Assembly: GCA_051382335.1 (NCBI GenBank)
Contig: JBBCAX010000255.1
Location: 1-22,160 of the forward strand
Reading direction: 5' to 3'
Source: Deltaproteobacteria bacterium TL4
GTDB lineage: Bacteria > SAR324 > NAC60-12
Length of the DNA: 22,160 bases
Part shown: piece by piece, positions 8,134 through 17,566 of the stretch
Position numbering within the stretch: the stretch's first letter is position 1
Layout: each line of letters opens with the position of its first letter
The notes under the pieces: generated by a model
Seen by the model: the letters and a program-made list of their open reading frames with translations, nothing else
What the model was told of the DNA's origin: nothing
Database searches by the model: none
Position numbers and translations under genes: made by a program

Positions 8134-11100
8134 CTATGAAGCTTTTTCTGAAGCTTGCATCACCTGAAGGTAGATTTTACGGACATGTTGGGTGGTCTCA
8201 TCATAAGTGGCTCGCAGATTTTGAATGTCATGACCTTGACGCTGCATTAACACCATCAACGTTTCCGTCGGTATGCCCTCAAAATCAATTAAATTATTGG
8301 ATTCATCATAGAGTAACTGTAAATAACTTTCCAGTTGTCTGAGAAATTTATAGGATCGTAACAAAGTGTCAACCGTGTGAGCGTCCACTATTTGATGTTT
8401 CTTCAAGACTTCCAAGGCTCCCAAAGTATGAGGGGTATTGAGTTCCGGATGTTGCAACCGATGTTTTAATTGCAAATATTGAGTCATGTACTCTATATCC
8501 AAAAGTCCCCCATGTCCTTCTTTGAGGTTCAGGCGGTTCGTGGTTTCACCGGCCAGTTCTTTTTCTTTTCTGAGTCGTAAATGATGAATCTGCTCCCTGA
8601 TGTCAGGAGGAGGCGTCCATTGACGATGTATTTGGTTTAGTCCCTGATCGACGCGCTCAACCCATGCGGATTCCAAGTCTCCAGCGACAATTCTGGCTTT
8701 GAGTAAGGCTTGGTGTTCCCACGGAAGAGAGGCTTGGTGATACTTGTTATAGGCGTCCAGCGGTGTTACCAAAACACCTGAATTCCCTGAAGGGCGGAGT
8801 CGGGTATCCAGCTTATAAGCATAGCCCGTGCGTGTGAACGTTGATAATATGGAAATGAGGCGTTGCACCAACTTCACAAAATATTCTTGATTGCTGATGG
8901 ATTTTTTGCCGTCAGTATATCCCTGATTGGAATAAATAAAGATTAAATCCAAATCCGAATGATAAGACAATTCTTTGCCGCCGAACTTGCCCAGTCCTAA
9001 AATGGTCATGTAGGCGGGATTTCCGTTGGGCTCGACAGGTTTTCCAAAACGGGATTGAACGAAATCCGCCGCAACTTCAAAGGCGGCTTGAAGAATCACT
9101 TCCGCAAGGTTGGACAACCCCTTTCGCGCTTGTTCAAACGCAAGCAGCCCATCAAGTTCCGCGCTTCCTATCAAAAACACCATGGCGTATTTAAAATCAC
9201 GTAAACGGTCAATGACCTCTTCCTCATCCTCGGCACTTTCCAACGACTGTTTCAGTTCTGCTTTCCATATTTTTCGGGTATATCGCCAATCCTGCTGTTC
9301 GAGTTGCTTCAATAGGTCTAAATGGTTCAGCAAATAATTCCATAAAAACTCGCTGGTCTGGGCAATCATCGACAAACGTTCAATAGACGAGGGATGATCT
9401 ACCAAAAGTTCATAATAAGACAAACGCACGCCAATATTTTCAAAAAGGCGTTGAAAACGGGTTTTCAGCAGAGATTGATCTGAAAGGCGAATTACAGGCG
9501 CAAGCTGGCGAGCAAAATTTTCAATTAACTCTTTTTCATCCGGCTGTATCACATGAAATCGACAACTGTTCCTGATTGCGGCTTCTATTTCCACATGGGT
9601 TTGATCAAATAAACCTCCAAAAATGGAGCGAACCCGGAACATCTTATCCTTGACGTCTTCAAGAAAATACCTGCGGGCAACTTCAATATCCGCATGACTG
9701 TATCCCATGACTCTGGCCAGGATTGCTTGATCTTTGGGGTCGGGAGGGATGGTATGTGTTTGCTGTTCTTCTTTCAATTGCAGTCGGTGCTCCAGCTTTC
9801 TTAAATAAAGATAGGTTTCCCGTAAACTTTTAATGTCCTGCAATTCAATGAGTTCCCTTTGTTCCAGCCGTTCCAAAGCTTGCAAGGTATTGTTCGTCCT
9901 TAACGAGGGGTGGTGTCCTCCATAAAGCAACTGGAAGGATTGGACGAAGAATTCAATTTCACGAATGCCTCCCACGCCCAATTTCAGATTGAGATGATTG
10001 GTTCGTAAATGCTCTTTTTCAATACGGCTTTTGACATATCTGATTTCATCAAGCATGTTTTCGTCAATCATCCGACTATAAATGAAGTAGGAAAGACGAT
10101 TTGAAAACGCGGCTTGTGAAGTCGAGTTTCCGGCAACCACGGAGGCTTTAATGAGCGCTTGACGCTCCCATAATTCGCCTTTGCCTTCATAGTAAATCCC
10201 CATTTGATCCAGGGACTGAACCAAGGGCGAACTGTCACCACCGGGTCTTAAGCGCATATCAACTCTTGCCACAAAACCTTCTTCGGTTACTTCCGACATC
10301 AGTTTGATCAACAATTGTGCCGCTTTTTTACGAATAGTCGCATCGTTTTCAGGATGTTCGGTTAAAGGTTCGTTATCATAAAAAAAGATTAAATCAATGT
10401 CCGATGAATAATTAAGCTCATAGCCCCCCAGCTTTCCCATCCCAATGACCGCAAAAGGCACCATGGGATTCGTATATAACTCTTCGGAGCTCAATGATTC
10501 TGAGCCGAGAGCGATGTGCAACGACGCTTTTAATGCCATTCGCAAACAACAAATTTCAATTGAAGAAATTTCACTTAGCGTCTCTTCAAAAGGACACAAC
10601 TCCCCTAAATCCCGAACAGTAATTCTCAGATATTCTTCATATTTGTAACACCGCAATTCATTTTTAAAATCATGAACCGTCCATGTTTGGCGAGACTCCA
10701 ATCGACGCCGCAACTCCGACTCCATGGTTTGGAGTGATTTTTCGGTGGTTAGAAAAGGTGATTCCAGAAGGGGATCCGCCAAAAGGGGGTACTTTAATAA
10801 GCGTCTTGATAAAAAATGACTGCGGCCAAAAATGGAGAGTAAAGCGCTGGTAAAGAGATGATTGAAGTTAAAATAGTTGCCACAGGCTTTATGGTAAACG
10901 TTATCAAAATCACAGACCATTTGTAACGCATGCTCCGTATTGCCTGAGGTAAGCAGAGGCGTCAGCAATAAATCCATATTTTTTGCGGAGACGCTGATTT
11001 TTTCAAACCGTTCAAGGTGTGTTGCCAGAGATTCCAGGTTGTTCGTATCAAAACGGGGCGTGAGCGACGCAAGCGATTCCCGCAACGAAGTTTTCTGCCT

Positions 11101-11142
11101 GAGTGCCAGGAAATCGTTGATCCAGGAGGGTGTTTTCATCAT
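8134..11142 (-). CDS. glnE: Bifunctional glutamine synthetase adenylyltransferase / adenylyl-removing enzyme
   Basis: Two nucleotidyltransferase domains (GMGKLGGYELNYSSDIDLIF and GLGKFGGKELSYHSDLDLIF), VDMRLRPGG / LDTRLRPSG, WERQALIKA / WEHQALLKA, LKLGVGGIREIEF / LKEGHGGLLDIEY; 1002 aa. Confidence 0.96.
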   Translation of the reverse strand: MMKTPSWINDFLALRQKTSLRESLASLTPRFDTNNLESLATHLERFEKISVSAKNMDLLLTPLLTSGNTEHALQMVCDFDNVYHKACGNYFNFNHLFTSALLSIFGRSHFLSRRLLKYPLLADPLLESPFLTTEKSLQTMESELRRRLESRQTWTVHDFKNELRCYKYEEYLRITVRDLGELCPFEETLSEISSIEICCLRMALKASLHIALGSESLSSEELYTNPMVPFAVIGMGKLGGYELNYSSDIDLIFFYDNEPLTEHPENDATIRKKAAQLLIKLMSEVTEEGFVARVDMRLRPGGDSSPLVQSLDQMGIYYEGKGELWERQALIKASVVAGNSTSQAAFSNRLSYFIYSRMIDENMLDEIRYVKSRIEKEHLRTNHLNLKLGVGGIREIEFFVQSFQLLYGGHHPSLRTNNTLQALERLEQRELIELQDIKSLRETYLYLRKLEHRLQLKEEQQTHTIPPDPKDQAILARVMGYSHADIEVARRYFLEDVKDKMFRVRSIFGGLFDQTHVEIEAAIRNSCRFHVIQPDEKELIENFARQLAPVIRLSDQSLLKTRFQRLFENIGVRLSYYELLVDHPSSIERLSMIAQTSEFLWNYLLNHLDLLKQLEQQDWRYTRKIWKAELKQSLESAEDEEEVIDRLRDFKYAMVFLIGSAELDGLLAFEQARKGLSNLAEVILQAAFEVAADFVQSRFGKPVEPNGNPAYMTILGLGKFGGKELSYHSDLDLIFIYSNQGYTDGKKSISNQEYFVKLVQRLISILSTFTRTGYAYKLDTRLRPSGNSGVLVTPLDAYNKYHQASLPWEHQALLKARIVAGDLESAWVERVDQGLNQIHRQWTPPPDIREQIHHLRLRKEKELAGETTNRLNLKEGHGGLLDIEYMTQYLQLKHRLQHPELNTPHTLGALEVLKKHQIVDAHTVDTLLRSYKFLRQLESYLQLLYDESNNLIDFEGIPTETLMVLMQRQGHDIQNLRATYDETTQHVRKIYLQVMQASEKAS

Positions 11143-11369
11143 TGTTATCTATGGAAAAAGGTGAGGGCTCAGGGATGTTCGAAACTCGCCTTTGGAAATA
11201 ATTACCGGAAGCTCCATTGTTCAGACTGAACTGATACCATACCGCCAGAATTCCATAAGGCTGTTCGAAAATTTCTACGTCATGAGTCGTTGATACCGTC
11301 CTAAATGTCAATCTCAAAATAAGCAGTTCCCTCACCAGGCAATCGAGAAGAGTCGTGGCCTCGATTTTT

Positions 11370-11439
11370 CGTGTTTGTACTCGATTCCTTTAAATTCGTT
11401 TACAAGCACGCCTCACGAGCATGAGCAGAAACACGGAAT
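11370..11439. repeat. Degenerate CACGAG/CTCGTG-type palindromic repeat; inverted relative of 17567-17613
   Basis: tgtactcgattcctttaaattcgtttacaagcacg...aacacggaat resembles the reverse complement of 17567-17611 (cgtgctcgaaccctttcaattcgttcacgagcacgaacacggaat). Confidence 0.65.
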
Positions 11440-11517
11440 AAATGAACCCATTCGTTGCTCTTGACGTCTATTTCAGTATCTTCTGAGAACAAACCTTTTC
11501 TTTAGTGCCCGAGTGTA

Positions 11518-11544
11518 CTATAAATGTTCATTTAAATAAATTCA
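11518..11544 (+). repeat. Solo copy of the terminal repeat that bounds the 20928-21140 element (or a shared operator)
   Basis: ctataaatgttcatttaaataaattca versus ctatagacattcatttaaataaattca (reverse complement of 21114-21140). Confidence 0.65.
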
Positions 11545-11554
11545 GAATAGAGAG

Positions 11555-12955
11555 ATGATGAGTCAAAAAACACTAAATAATCCTGATCTCATACAGTTCA
11601 AAGTAATGGTTTTATCCTCAAAAGGCATCCTTGGTGAGGAATTTAACTCCCGAAGCGCGTTTTGGGAAAACATGGTCTCTCGACAAAAGGAAATCAAAGA
11701 GGCTTGTCAGTTTAGCTATGCCAACGGATTTCGAAGTCATAAAAAGGTAACCGATGCCATAGAATACGGTGGCGTTGGGAAATTCTTATTTCAAGGAAGA
11801 AAAAAATATTCTGAGCAAAAAGAAATATCTGCGGAAAAAATGAATCGGGTTCTTGGCCGGGCGTTATTCCAATACACCCAACCCACGTCAAATATAAAAA
11901 AGTACTGCGACGCGCTGGATCGGTTTCCCATGCTGCAAGCCTATAAAATCAAGATTTTGTTACTTTTAAGGACATCGCCCAAAGGCTCGTTTAATTTGAT
12001 TCAGGACCTCGATACCCGTGGAGAATTATTGATGCAGTTAGGGGCGAGTTTCACCACCTATTTCTCACCGATCACCGTCAGTTTGCTTTATGAGGCGGCA
12101 CGTGTTTTCGCAATGAAAGCGTTACAGGAACTTGAAAGCAAAATCAAAACGTTGGAAATGAAAAAAGAGTCGCTTAAACGCGCAAGTGGCTCTTTGTCAG
12201 CAGAAGAACAAAACAATCTGGAAATACTCGAATACAACCGCAAGGAGATGGGACTGTTTTTATCAGAAAACTATAAACGAATTTTAGAACAGCAGATGCA
12301 AGACCTCAAAGCGTTTCCTGAACTTTTTATTGATTATAAGAAGTTGGAAACAGCAGATGGGGTCGCCGAGCTTTGTGCTCAAAATCAGCAAAACAATATT
12401 ACAGACTTACTCAAAACATTAACCCAATATCGCAATTATATGCAGATAGGTTTTGTTCGGGAAGCGATGAACACGGTGATTAAAGAAATTACGCTTTCTC
12501 CCGCATTAGCCAGCAATCCTTCAGTGCAACTGAGCAAACTCAGGAATGATTACGAACAGGTTCTTCAAAACTTTAAAACCACGGGGAAATTTAATCTCAG
12601 ATCTTTACTGGAGACGATGCAATTCCTGGAAAACTGCGTGATTGCCCCCCAAGCCGGCAAACACCAAGGTGTAGGAATGAGCCCTTCAACCATACAATTT
12701 CACAATATGTCGGTTCATCGTCTGCTCGCACTGAGCGCGCGCTTTATTTTAATACGCTCTTTAGATCCGAACCAAAAACAGACGGATGCCGCACAAGTTC
12801 AAAGCATGACTCAAAAAGCCGAGGCGCATTATCAGGAATGGACCGGACTCATTCAAAGCCTGAAATTTAAGAGAGACGCTCAACAAAAATTGGTGGAAGA
12901 GCATCTCAAGTTCAAGGCTCATTTAACTAAAGTGCTGAAACAAATTAATGGCTAA
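11555..12955 (+). CDS. Hypothetical protein, predicted cytoplasmic and alpha-helical/coiled-coil
   Basis: 466-codon ORF filling the gap between glnE and the HSD gene; rich in Leu/Glu/Lys/Gln; no signal peptide or motif that I recognise. Confidence 0.8.
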   Translation: MMSQKTLNNPDLIQFKVMVLSSKGILGEEFNSRSAFWENMVSRQKEIKEACQFSYANGFRSHKKVTDAIEYGGVGKFLFQGRKKYSEQKEISAEKMNRVLGRALFQYTQPTSNIKKYCDALDRFPMLQAYKIKILLLLRTSPKGSFNLIQDLDTRGELLMQLGASFTTYFSPITVSLLYEAARVFAMKALQELESKIKTLEMKKESLKRASGSLSAEEQNNLEILEYNRKEMGLFLSENYKRILEQQMQDLKAFPELFIDYKKLETADGVAELCAQNQQNNITDLLKTLTQYRNYMQIGFVREAMNTVIKEITLSPALASNPSVQLSKLRNDYEQVLQNFKTTGKFNLRSLLETMQFLENCVIAPQAGKHQGVGMSPSTIQFHNMSVHRLLALSARFILIRSLDPNQKQTDAAQVQSMTQKAEAHYQEWTGLIQSLKFKRDAQQKLVEEHLKFKAHLTKVLKQING

Positions 12956-14540
12956 AAGATAATTGCTGTTTTTCATGCTTACGGACAGCATTGAGCATCA
13001 GTTTAGTTGAGGGATATCCCAATAACAACGTTTGCAGAGTCCAACTTCCTGAGGTCAGCATACCCGCTTCTCTTGTTTTTTTACGGGCATAGAAAGATTC
13101 ACCAATGTGCACCGCGACCGCCAGCCAGAAAACAACTTTCCAAACACCAAGCGGGACCGCTCCCAAAAGGGGTATGGCTTTCTGAAACCATGAGCCCACT
13201 TCAGCGTTAAAAGCCACCAGAGCCAAGGCCAGCATACCGCCAATGATCGCATACCACCAGCCCGCTTTAGGGCGTTCAACACGGCCTTCTTCCTCCAGTA
13301 TTTTGTCATAACGTTCTCGACAATAGGGTAAGCATTGCTTCATCGCTTCGGCAACGGTTTTGACCGGACGATAACCAAAATCGTGTTCCGCATCTTTGAT
13401 ATTCGCAAAGTGTGTGACACAAACTTTATCCAACTCTTTGGGAGTCATCATGGGCGGGGTAATGCCAAAACGAAAATGAAGCTGCTGCCATAGTTGAAAA
13501 ACGGGCATAACCACAAACATCGGAATCCAGTATTTGGGGAATTGATGTCCCAGGCCTTCAATGAGAGGACGGAAAAACTCAAAATAATTTTGAGGTTCAT
13601 CATCCACAATGAAATACGCTTTTCCGCCAACCGGACTTCCAGGAAGCAAGTGTTCCGCGGCAAGGATTTCCCCATGAACCAGGTTTTCAATGTAGGAATT
13701 ATCATGCACCGCGTTGGGATTGCCCAAATTGGCGATTAGTTTTCCTGAAGCCAGTTCATCAACAAAACGATCCAGCATATAACATTTTTCAGGACCATAA
13801 ATGCCTGCGGGACGAATCACACAGGTTAAGGTTCCATGGGGATCATTCGCTTTCAGAATATAGGGTTCTACTTGAATTTTTGTCTCTGTATAAAGATCGT
13901 AAATGCGTTGGGCATAAGGCGTATTGGAATCCATATCGGGATTAGGGGTTCCATCAAAGCAGACATTATTGGAACTGGTATAAACCAACCGGGCAACGCC
14001 GTGTTTATGACAGGCGGAAAGCACATTTTTGGTTCCTTGAACGTTAATATCATAAGCTTGCTTTCTGTATTCTTCAGTGACCGCGCTTCCGCCCATCAAA
14101 CTGATTACTGCCGCTGTATGAAATACGGTATCTATCCCGAGACAGGCCTGATCCAGATCTTCCTGATTCCGAATATCCCCACTCAGATAGTCCAGGTTTT
14201 TATGAGAAAAATGGGGAGGTGTGATATCAAACAATCTGACTTTACAGCCTTTCTCCAACAAAGCTTTGGCAAGATTACTTCCTAAAAAGCCCGCGCCGCC
14301 TGTGATCAAACAATATTTTAATTGGGCTTTTTCAGGTTCAGCAGGCGCTGTTTTGATAGAAGGTGTGGGAGTTGAGGTTGTTTTCGGTGTCGTTGAGGAA
14401 CTTTGCGCTTTTGTCGACGTTTTGGACGTACCGCTGGCTTTCGGTTTTGGAGTCCGCGTTTTGTCGTCTGTTGAAGTTTTTCCGGGTTTACGAGTGGATT
14501 TCGGAGCTGATTTCGTTGCTGTACTGTTCTTAACTGCCAT
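12945..14540 (-). CDS. 3-beta-hydroxysteroid dehydrogenase/isomerase family extended SDR with a K/T/S-rich N-terminal extension and a C-terminal TMEM254/DUF4499-like membrane domain
   Basis: ITGGAGFLG Rossmann motif, VFHTAAVISLMGGSAVTEEYR, YTSS, catalytic YTETK (YxxxK), IRPAGIYG, DNSYIENLVHG, closely resembling mycobacterial Rv1106c-type 3-beta-HSD as I recall it. The tail contains VHIGESFYA...WTLQTLLLGYPS. Confidence 0.88.
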   Translation of the reverse strand: MAVKNSTATKSAPKSTRKPGKTSTDDKTRTPKPKASGTSKTSTKAQSSSTTPKTTSTPTPSIKTAPAEPEKAQLKYCLITGGAGFLGSNLAKALLEKGCKVRLFDITPPHFSHKNLDYLSGDIRNQEDLDQACLGIDTVFHTAAVISLMGGSAVTEEYRKQAYDINVQGTKNVLSACHKHGVARLVYTSSNNVCFDGTPNPDMDSNTPYAQRIYDLYTETKIQVEPYILKANDPHGTLTCVIRPAGIYGPEKCYMLDRFVDELASGKLIANLGNPNAVHDNSYIENLVHGEILAAEHLLPGSPVGGKAYFIVDDEPQNYFEFFRPLIEGLGHQFPKYWIPMFVVMPVFQLWQQLHFRFGITPPMMTPKELDKVCVTHFANIKDAEHDFGYRPVKTVAEAMKQCLPYCRERYDKILEEEGRVERPKAGWWYAIIGGMLALALVAFNAEVGSWFQKAIPLLGAVPLGVWKVVFWLAVAVHIGESFYARKKTREAGMLTSGSWTLQTLLLGYPSTKLMLNAVRKHEKQQLSFSH

Positions 14541-14665
14541 GGGATACCGTCCTTTCCAAAAGGTGATGAACTAAAGAGGTTATAATTATTCCTATACAAA
14601 AGATATCGCGTCATGGCCAGGAAATTCTACTCATTCAAACGATGTTTGCGAAGATCATATCTTCA

Positions 14666-14694
14666 TTGACAATTGACAGCAGAAGAGCGACACT
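14666..14694 (+). promoter_or_regulatory. Candidate sigma70 promoter for the aminotransferase
   Basis: TTGACA (14666-14671), 17-nt spacer, GACACT (14689-14694), about 90 nt upstream of the ATG. Confidence 0.35.
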
Positions 14695-14786
14695 GCGGCA
14701 GTTTTTCGTCCTAACCATGGTGGTAGCGCGAAGGAAGTCCAGCATTAAATGTTTCAAGAACAGAACCTCACTCCTACAGTTAAATT

Positions 14787-15974
14787 ATGTCTATTTCCAA
14801 TCAGATGAAAGAAGCGATGACCCGATCCTCCTGGATACGTCAAATGTTTGAAGAAGGAACGCGTTTAAAGGCACTTTATGGTGCGGAGCAAGTGTTTGAT
14901 TTTTCATTAGGAAATCCTATTCTGGAACCCCCTGCCGCAGTACATCGGGTATTGCTGGATCTTTTATCAAAGCCACCGCAAGGAATGCATCGTTATATGC
15001 CGAATGCGGGATATCCTGAAACACGGGAAGCCATTGCGAAGACCCTGACACGGGAAATGCCCTACCTGTTTAAGAAAGAAGACATCATCATGTGCGTGGG
15101 CGCGGGAGGAGGACTCAATGCTGTTTTTAAAGCACTGTTGAATCCGGGAGAAAAAGTTCTGGCATTGGCCCCTTACTTTGTGGAATATGGTTTCTATGCT
15201 CAAAATCATAATGGCACGTTGATCGTTGCGAATACCAATGACGAGTTTCAACCCGACTGGGATGAAATTGAAAAAACGCTAACCCCTGATACCAAAATAA
15301 TGATCATTAATTCGCCCAATAATCCAACGGGGGTGGTCTATAGCCAACAAACCTTGAACCAATTGGGTGAATTACTCGCAAAAAAAGAGAAAGCGTATGG
15401 ACATGCGATTTACCTGATATCCGATGAGCCTTACCGTCAAATCCTCTTTGATCACGTTGAACTCGCTCACGTTTTTATCGCTCATAAAAATTCCATCATG
15501 GTGACCTCTCACTCCAAGGATCTCGGTTTAGCGGGAGAACGCATTGGATACATTGCCATACATCCAGAAATTGAAATCCGAAACGATCTCCAGAACGCCC
15601 TGGTTTTAACCACACGGATTCTGGGCTATGTCAATGCACCCGCCTTAATGCAGCAAGCGTTGACTCATTTGCAGGGGGTAATGATTGATATAAGTCACTA
15701 TGAGGTGTTAAGAGACTTGCTTTATGCTCGCTTAATCGAGTTGGGATTTAAAGTGGTCAAACCTCAAGGCGCCTTTTATATGTTTCCTCAAGCGCCAATC
15801 GCTGATGACCTTCGTTTTGTTAAGGAAGCTCTGGAAGAGAAGGTGCTGCTGGTACCGGGAACAGGCTTTGGAAAACCGGGATATTTCAGAATTGCTTATT
15901 GCTGTGAACAACGTGTGATTGAACGTTCCTTTGACCGTTTTGAAAAGCTGGCTAAACGACATGGCTTATGCTGA
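14787..15974 (+). CDS. PLP-dependent aminotransferase class I/II (aspartate aminotransferase-like)
   Basis: VFDFSLGNP, INSPNNPTGVVY, ISDEPY, PLP-lysine motif SHSKDLGLAGERIGY, PQGAFYMF, VPGTGFG...YFRIAYC. Confidence 0.95.
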   Translation: MSISNQMKEAMTRSSWIRQMFEEGTRLKALYGAEQVFDFSLGNPILEPPAAVHRVLLDLLSKPPQGMHRYMPNAGYPETREAIAKTLTREMPYLFKKEDIIMCVGAGGGLNAVFKALLNPGEKVLALAPYFVEYGFYAQNHNGTLIVANTNDEFQPDWDEIEKTLTPDTKIMIINSPNNPTGVVYSQQTLNQLGELLAKKEKAYGHAIYLISDEPYRQILFDHVELAHVFIAHKNSIMVTSHSKDLGLAGERIGYIAIHPEIEIRNDLQNALVLTTRILGYVNAPALMQQALTHLQGVMIDISHYEVLRDLLYARLIELGFKVVKPQGAFYMFPQAPIADDLRFVKEALEEKVLLVPGTGFGKPGYFRIAYCCEQRVIERSFDRFEKLAKRHGLC

Positions 15975-15977
15975 AAA

Positions 15978-17477
15978 TCAATCCCAAATGACGTTTTCCA
16001 AGATGGCGTTTAAAGTATCAGCGTCTCTTAAATTCACATATTTCATGTTGGCATGACTTAAGTTAACCCGTATCATTTTACACTTATTTAAGTCGGCATG
16101 AAACAGAGTGGTATATTGCATCAACGCGTCGGTTAAATTACATTCTTGAATTTTCGCATAAGAAAAATCAGCATAACGCAAGTCCGCTTTCCCTAAATTA
16201 GCTTTCCCCAAATTGGCCTTACTGAACTGAGCCTTTTGAAGATTTGCTTTTGATAAGTTTACTCCGATTAATAAGGCTCCTGAAAAATTGGCATTTGTTA
16301 AATCGGCTTCAGATAAATCTGCCCCAGACAAATCCGCCCCAGATAAATCCGCCCCAGATAAATTCGCGTTTGAAAGATTGGCACCGATCAACTTGGTATT
16401 CTGAAGTGTTGCGTTGTTGAGTCGAGCGTATTGCATGTTGGATTTGGATAAATCCGCATTATTTAGCACCGCATTTTGAAGTTTAGCCTTTACCAAACGC
16501 ACTCCTTGAAGTTGAGCATCAAGCAAACTGACACCTTCCATGCGGGCTAATTCTAAATCCGCATTCATCAAATTGACGTTATTCAGATTGGAACCCTCAA
16601 TATCAACTTTGAAAAAATTACCTTGTTTGATGTTGGCGTTTGAAAAATTGGCACCGACCAATAAGGCCCCCGAAAAGTTGGCGCATTCCAAGTTTAAGCC
16701 TGAAAAATTAACCTTATCAAACAAGACTCCCGCAAAGCCGGTGTTGATGAATTTTGCGCCACTCAAATTGGCACCTCTTAAATCAGATCCTGACAGATCA
16801 GCATCTTGTAAATCGGCACCGCTTAAATCGCTATCCTTCAAATTCGCTTTGTTCATTTTTACTCCGATCAACAGGGCCTCCCGTAAATTGGCACCTAATA
16901 AATCGGTTTGATTCATGACCGCAGAGCGCAAATCCACACCAGCGAGCATGGCATATTGTAATTTGGTCCGTTCCAGTTTCGTATTTCGTAAATTCCCTTG
17001 GTAAATGCTGGTTCCCGACAAATCAACCCCGGAAAGATCCGCATCTTGCATATTCACTTTGTATAAAATGGTTTTATAGAGATTGGCACCACTCAAATTT
17101 GCTTCGTTGAAAGAGGCCCCCATGAAATTAACATTTTCGAGTTTTGCTCCTATCAATTTTGCTTTTACAAACAGCGTATCTTCCATTCTGGAGTTGAAAA
17201 AATTGGTCCCTGATAAATTGGCGCCCGTAAAATTGGCACCCACCAAAAAAGCGTCTGTCAGATTGGTTTTAGTAATTTCACTGCCTTGCAGATTGGCTTT
17301 ATATAAATCAACCCCATGCCAATCCGCCCCTTGAATGACTAACCCGAAAAGATCACATTTAACACAGCTCTTGAACTTCTTCAACTTTGCCACATCTTCA
17401 ACTTTTGAAGCAAACCCCTGTAGCGGAATACTCAAAAAAACGAAAATAAGTAATAATAACATCCCTTGTTGTCGCAT
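15978..17477 (-). CDS. Secreted pentapeptide repeat protein
   Basis: Signal peptide (LLLLIFVFLSIPLQGFA), a CxxCDL cap, then about 450 aa of A[DN]L[ST]x pentapeptides. Confidence 0.93.
   Translation of the reverse strand: MRQQGMLLLLIFVFLSIPLQGFASKVEDVAKLKKFKSCVKCDLFGLVIQGADWHGVDLYKANLQGSEITKTNLTDAFLVGANFTGANLSGTNFFNSRMEDTLFVKAKLIGAKLENVNFMGASFNEANLSGANLYKTILYKVNMQDADLSGVDLSGTSIYQGNLRNTKLERTKLQYAMLAGVDLRSAVMNQTDLLGANLREALLIGVKMNKANLKDSDLSGADLQDADLSGSDLRGANLSGAKFINTGFAGVLFDKVNFSGLNLECANFSGALLVGANFSNANIKQGNFFKVDIEGSNLNNVNLMNADLELARMEGVSLLDAQLQGVRLVKAKLQNAVLNNADLSKSNMQYARLNNATLQNTKLIGANLSNANLSGADLSGADLSGADLSEADLTNANFSGALLIGVNLSKANLQKAQFSKANLGKANLGKADLRYADFSYAKIQECNLTDALMQYTTLFHADLNKCKMIRVNLSHANMKYVNLRDADTLNAILENVIWD
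16310..16368. repeat. Near-identical 15-bp tandem repeat within the pentapeptide gene (encodes LSGAD units)
   Basis: cagataaatctgccc cagacaaatccgccc cagataaatccgccc cagataaattcgcg. Confidence 0.8.
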
Positions 17478-17566
17478 AATACCTTTAACGTCATATAATA
17501 TTTAAGTTTTTACGTGAGGTGATGAAAATGGCACCAAAGAATAATTGTTCCTGTTTTACTCCTTGG

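Noticed and set aside
11048..11335. 95-aa ORF upstream of and overlapping glnE
   Set aside because: Overlaps glnE by about 95 nt out of frame; GTG start, no clear RBS and no motif.
16540..17334. Plus-strand ORFs with KLAP repeats
   Set aside because: Antisense consequence of pentapeptide periodicity.
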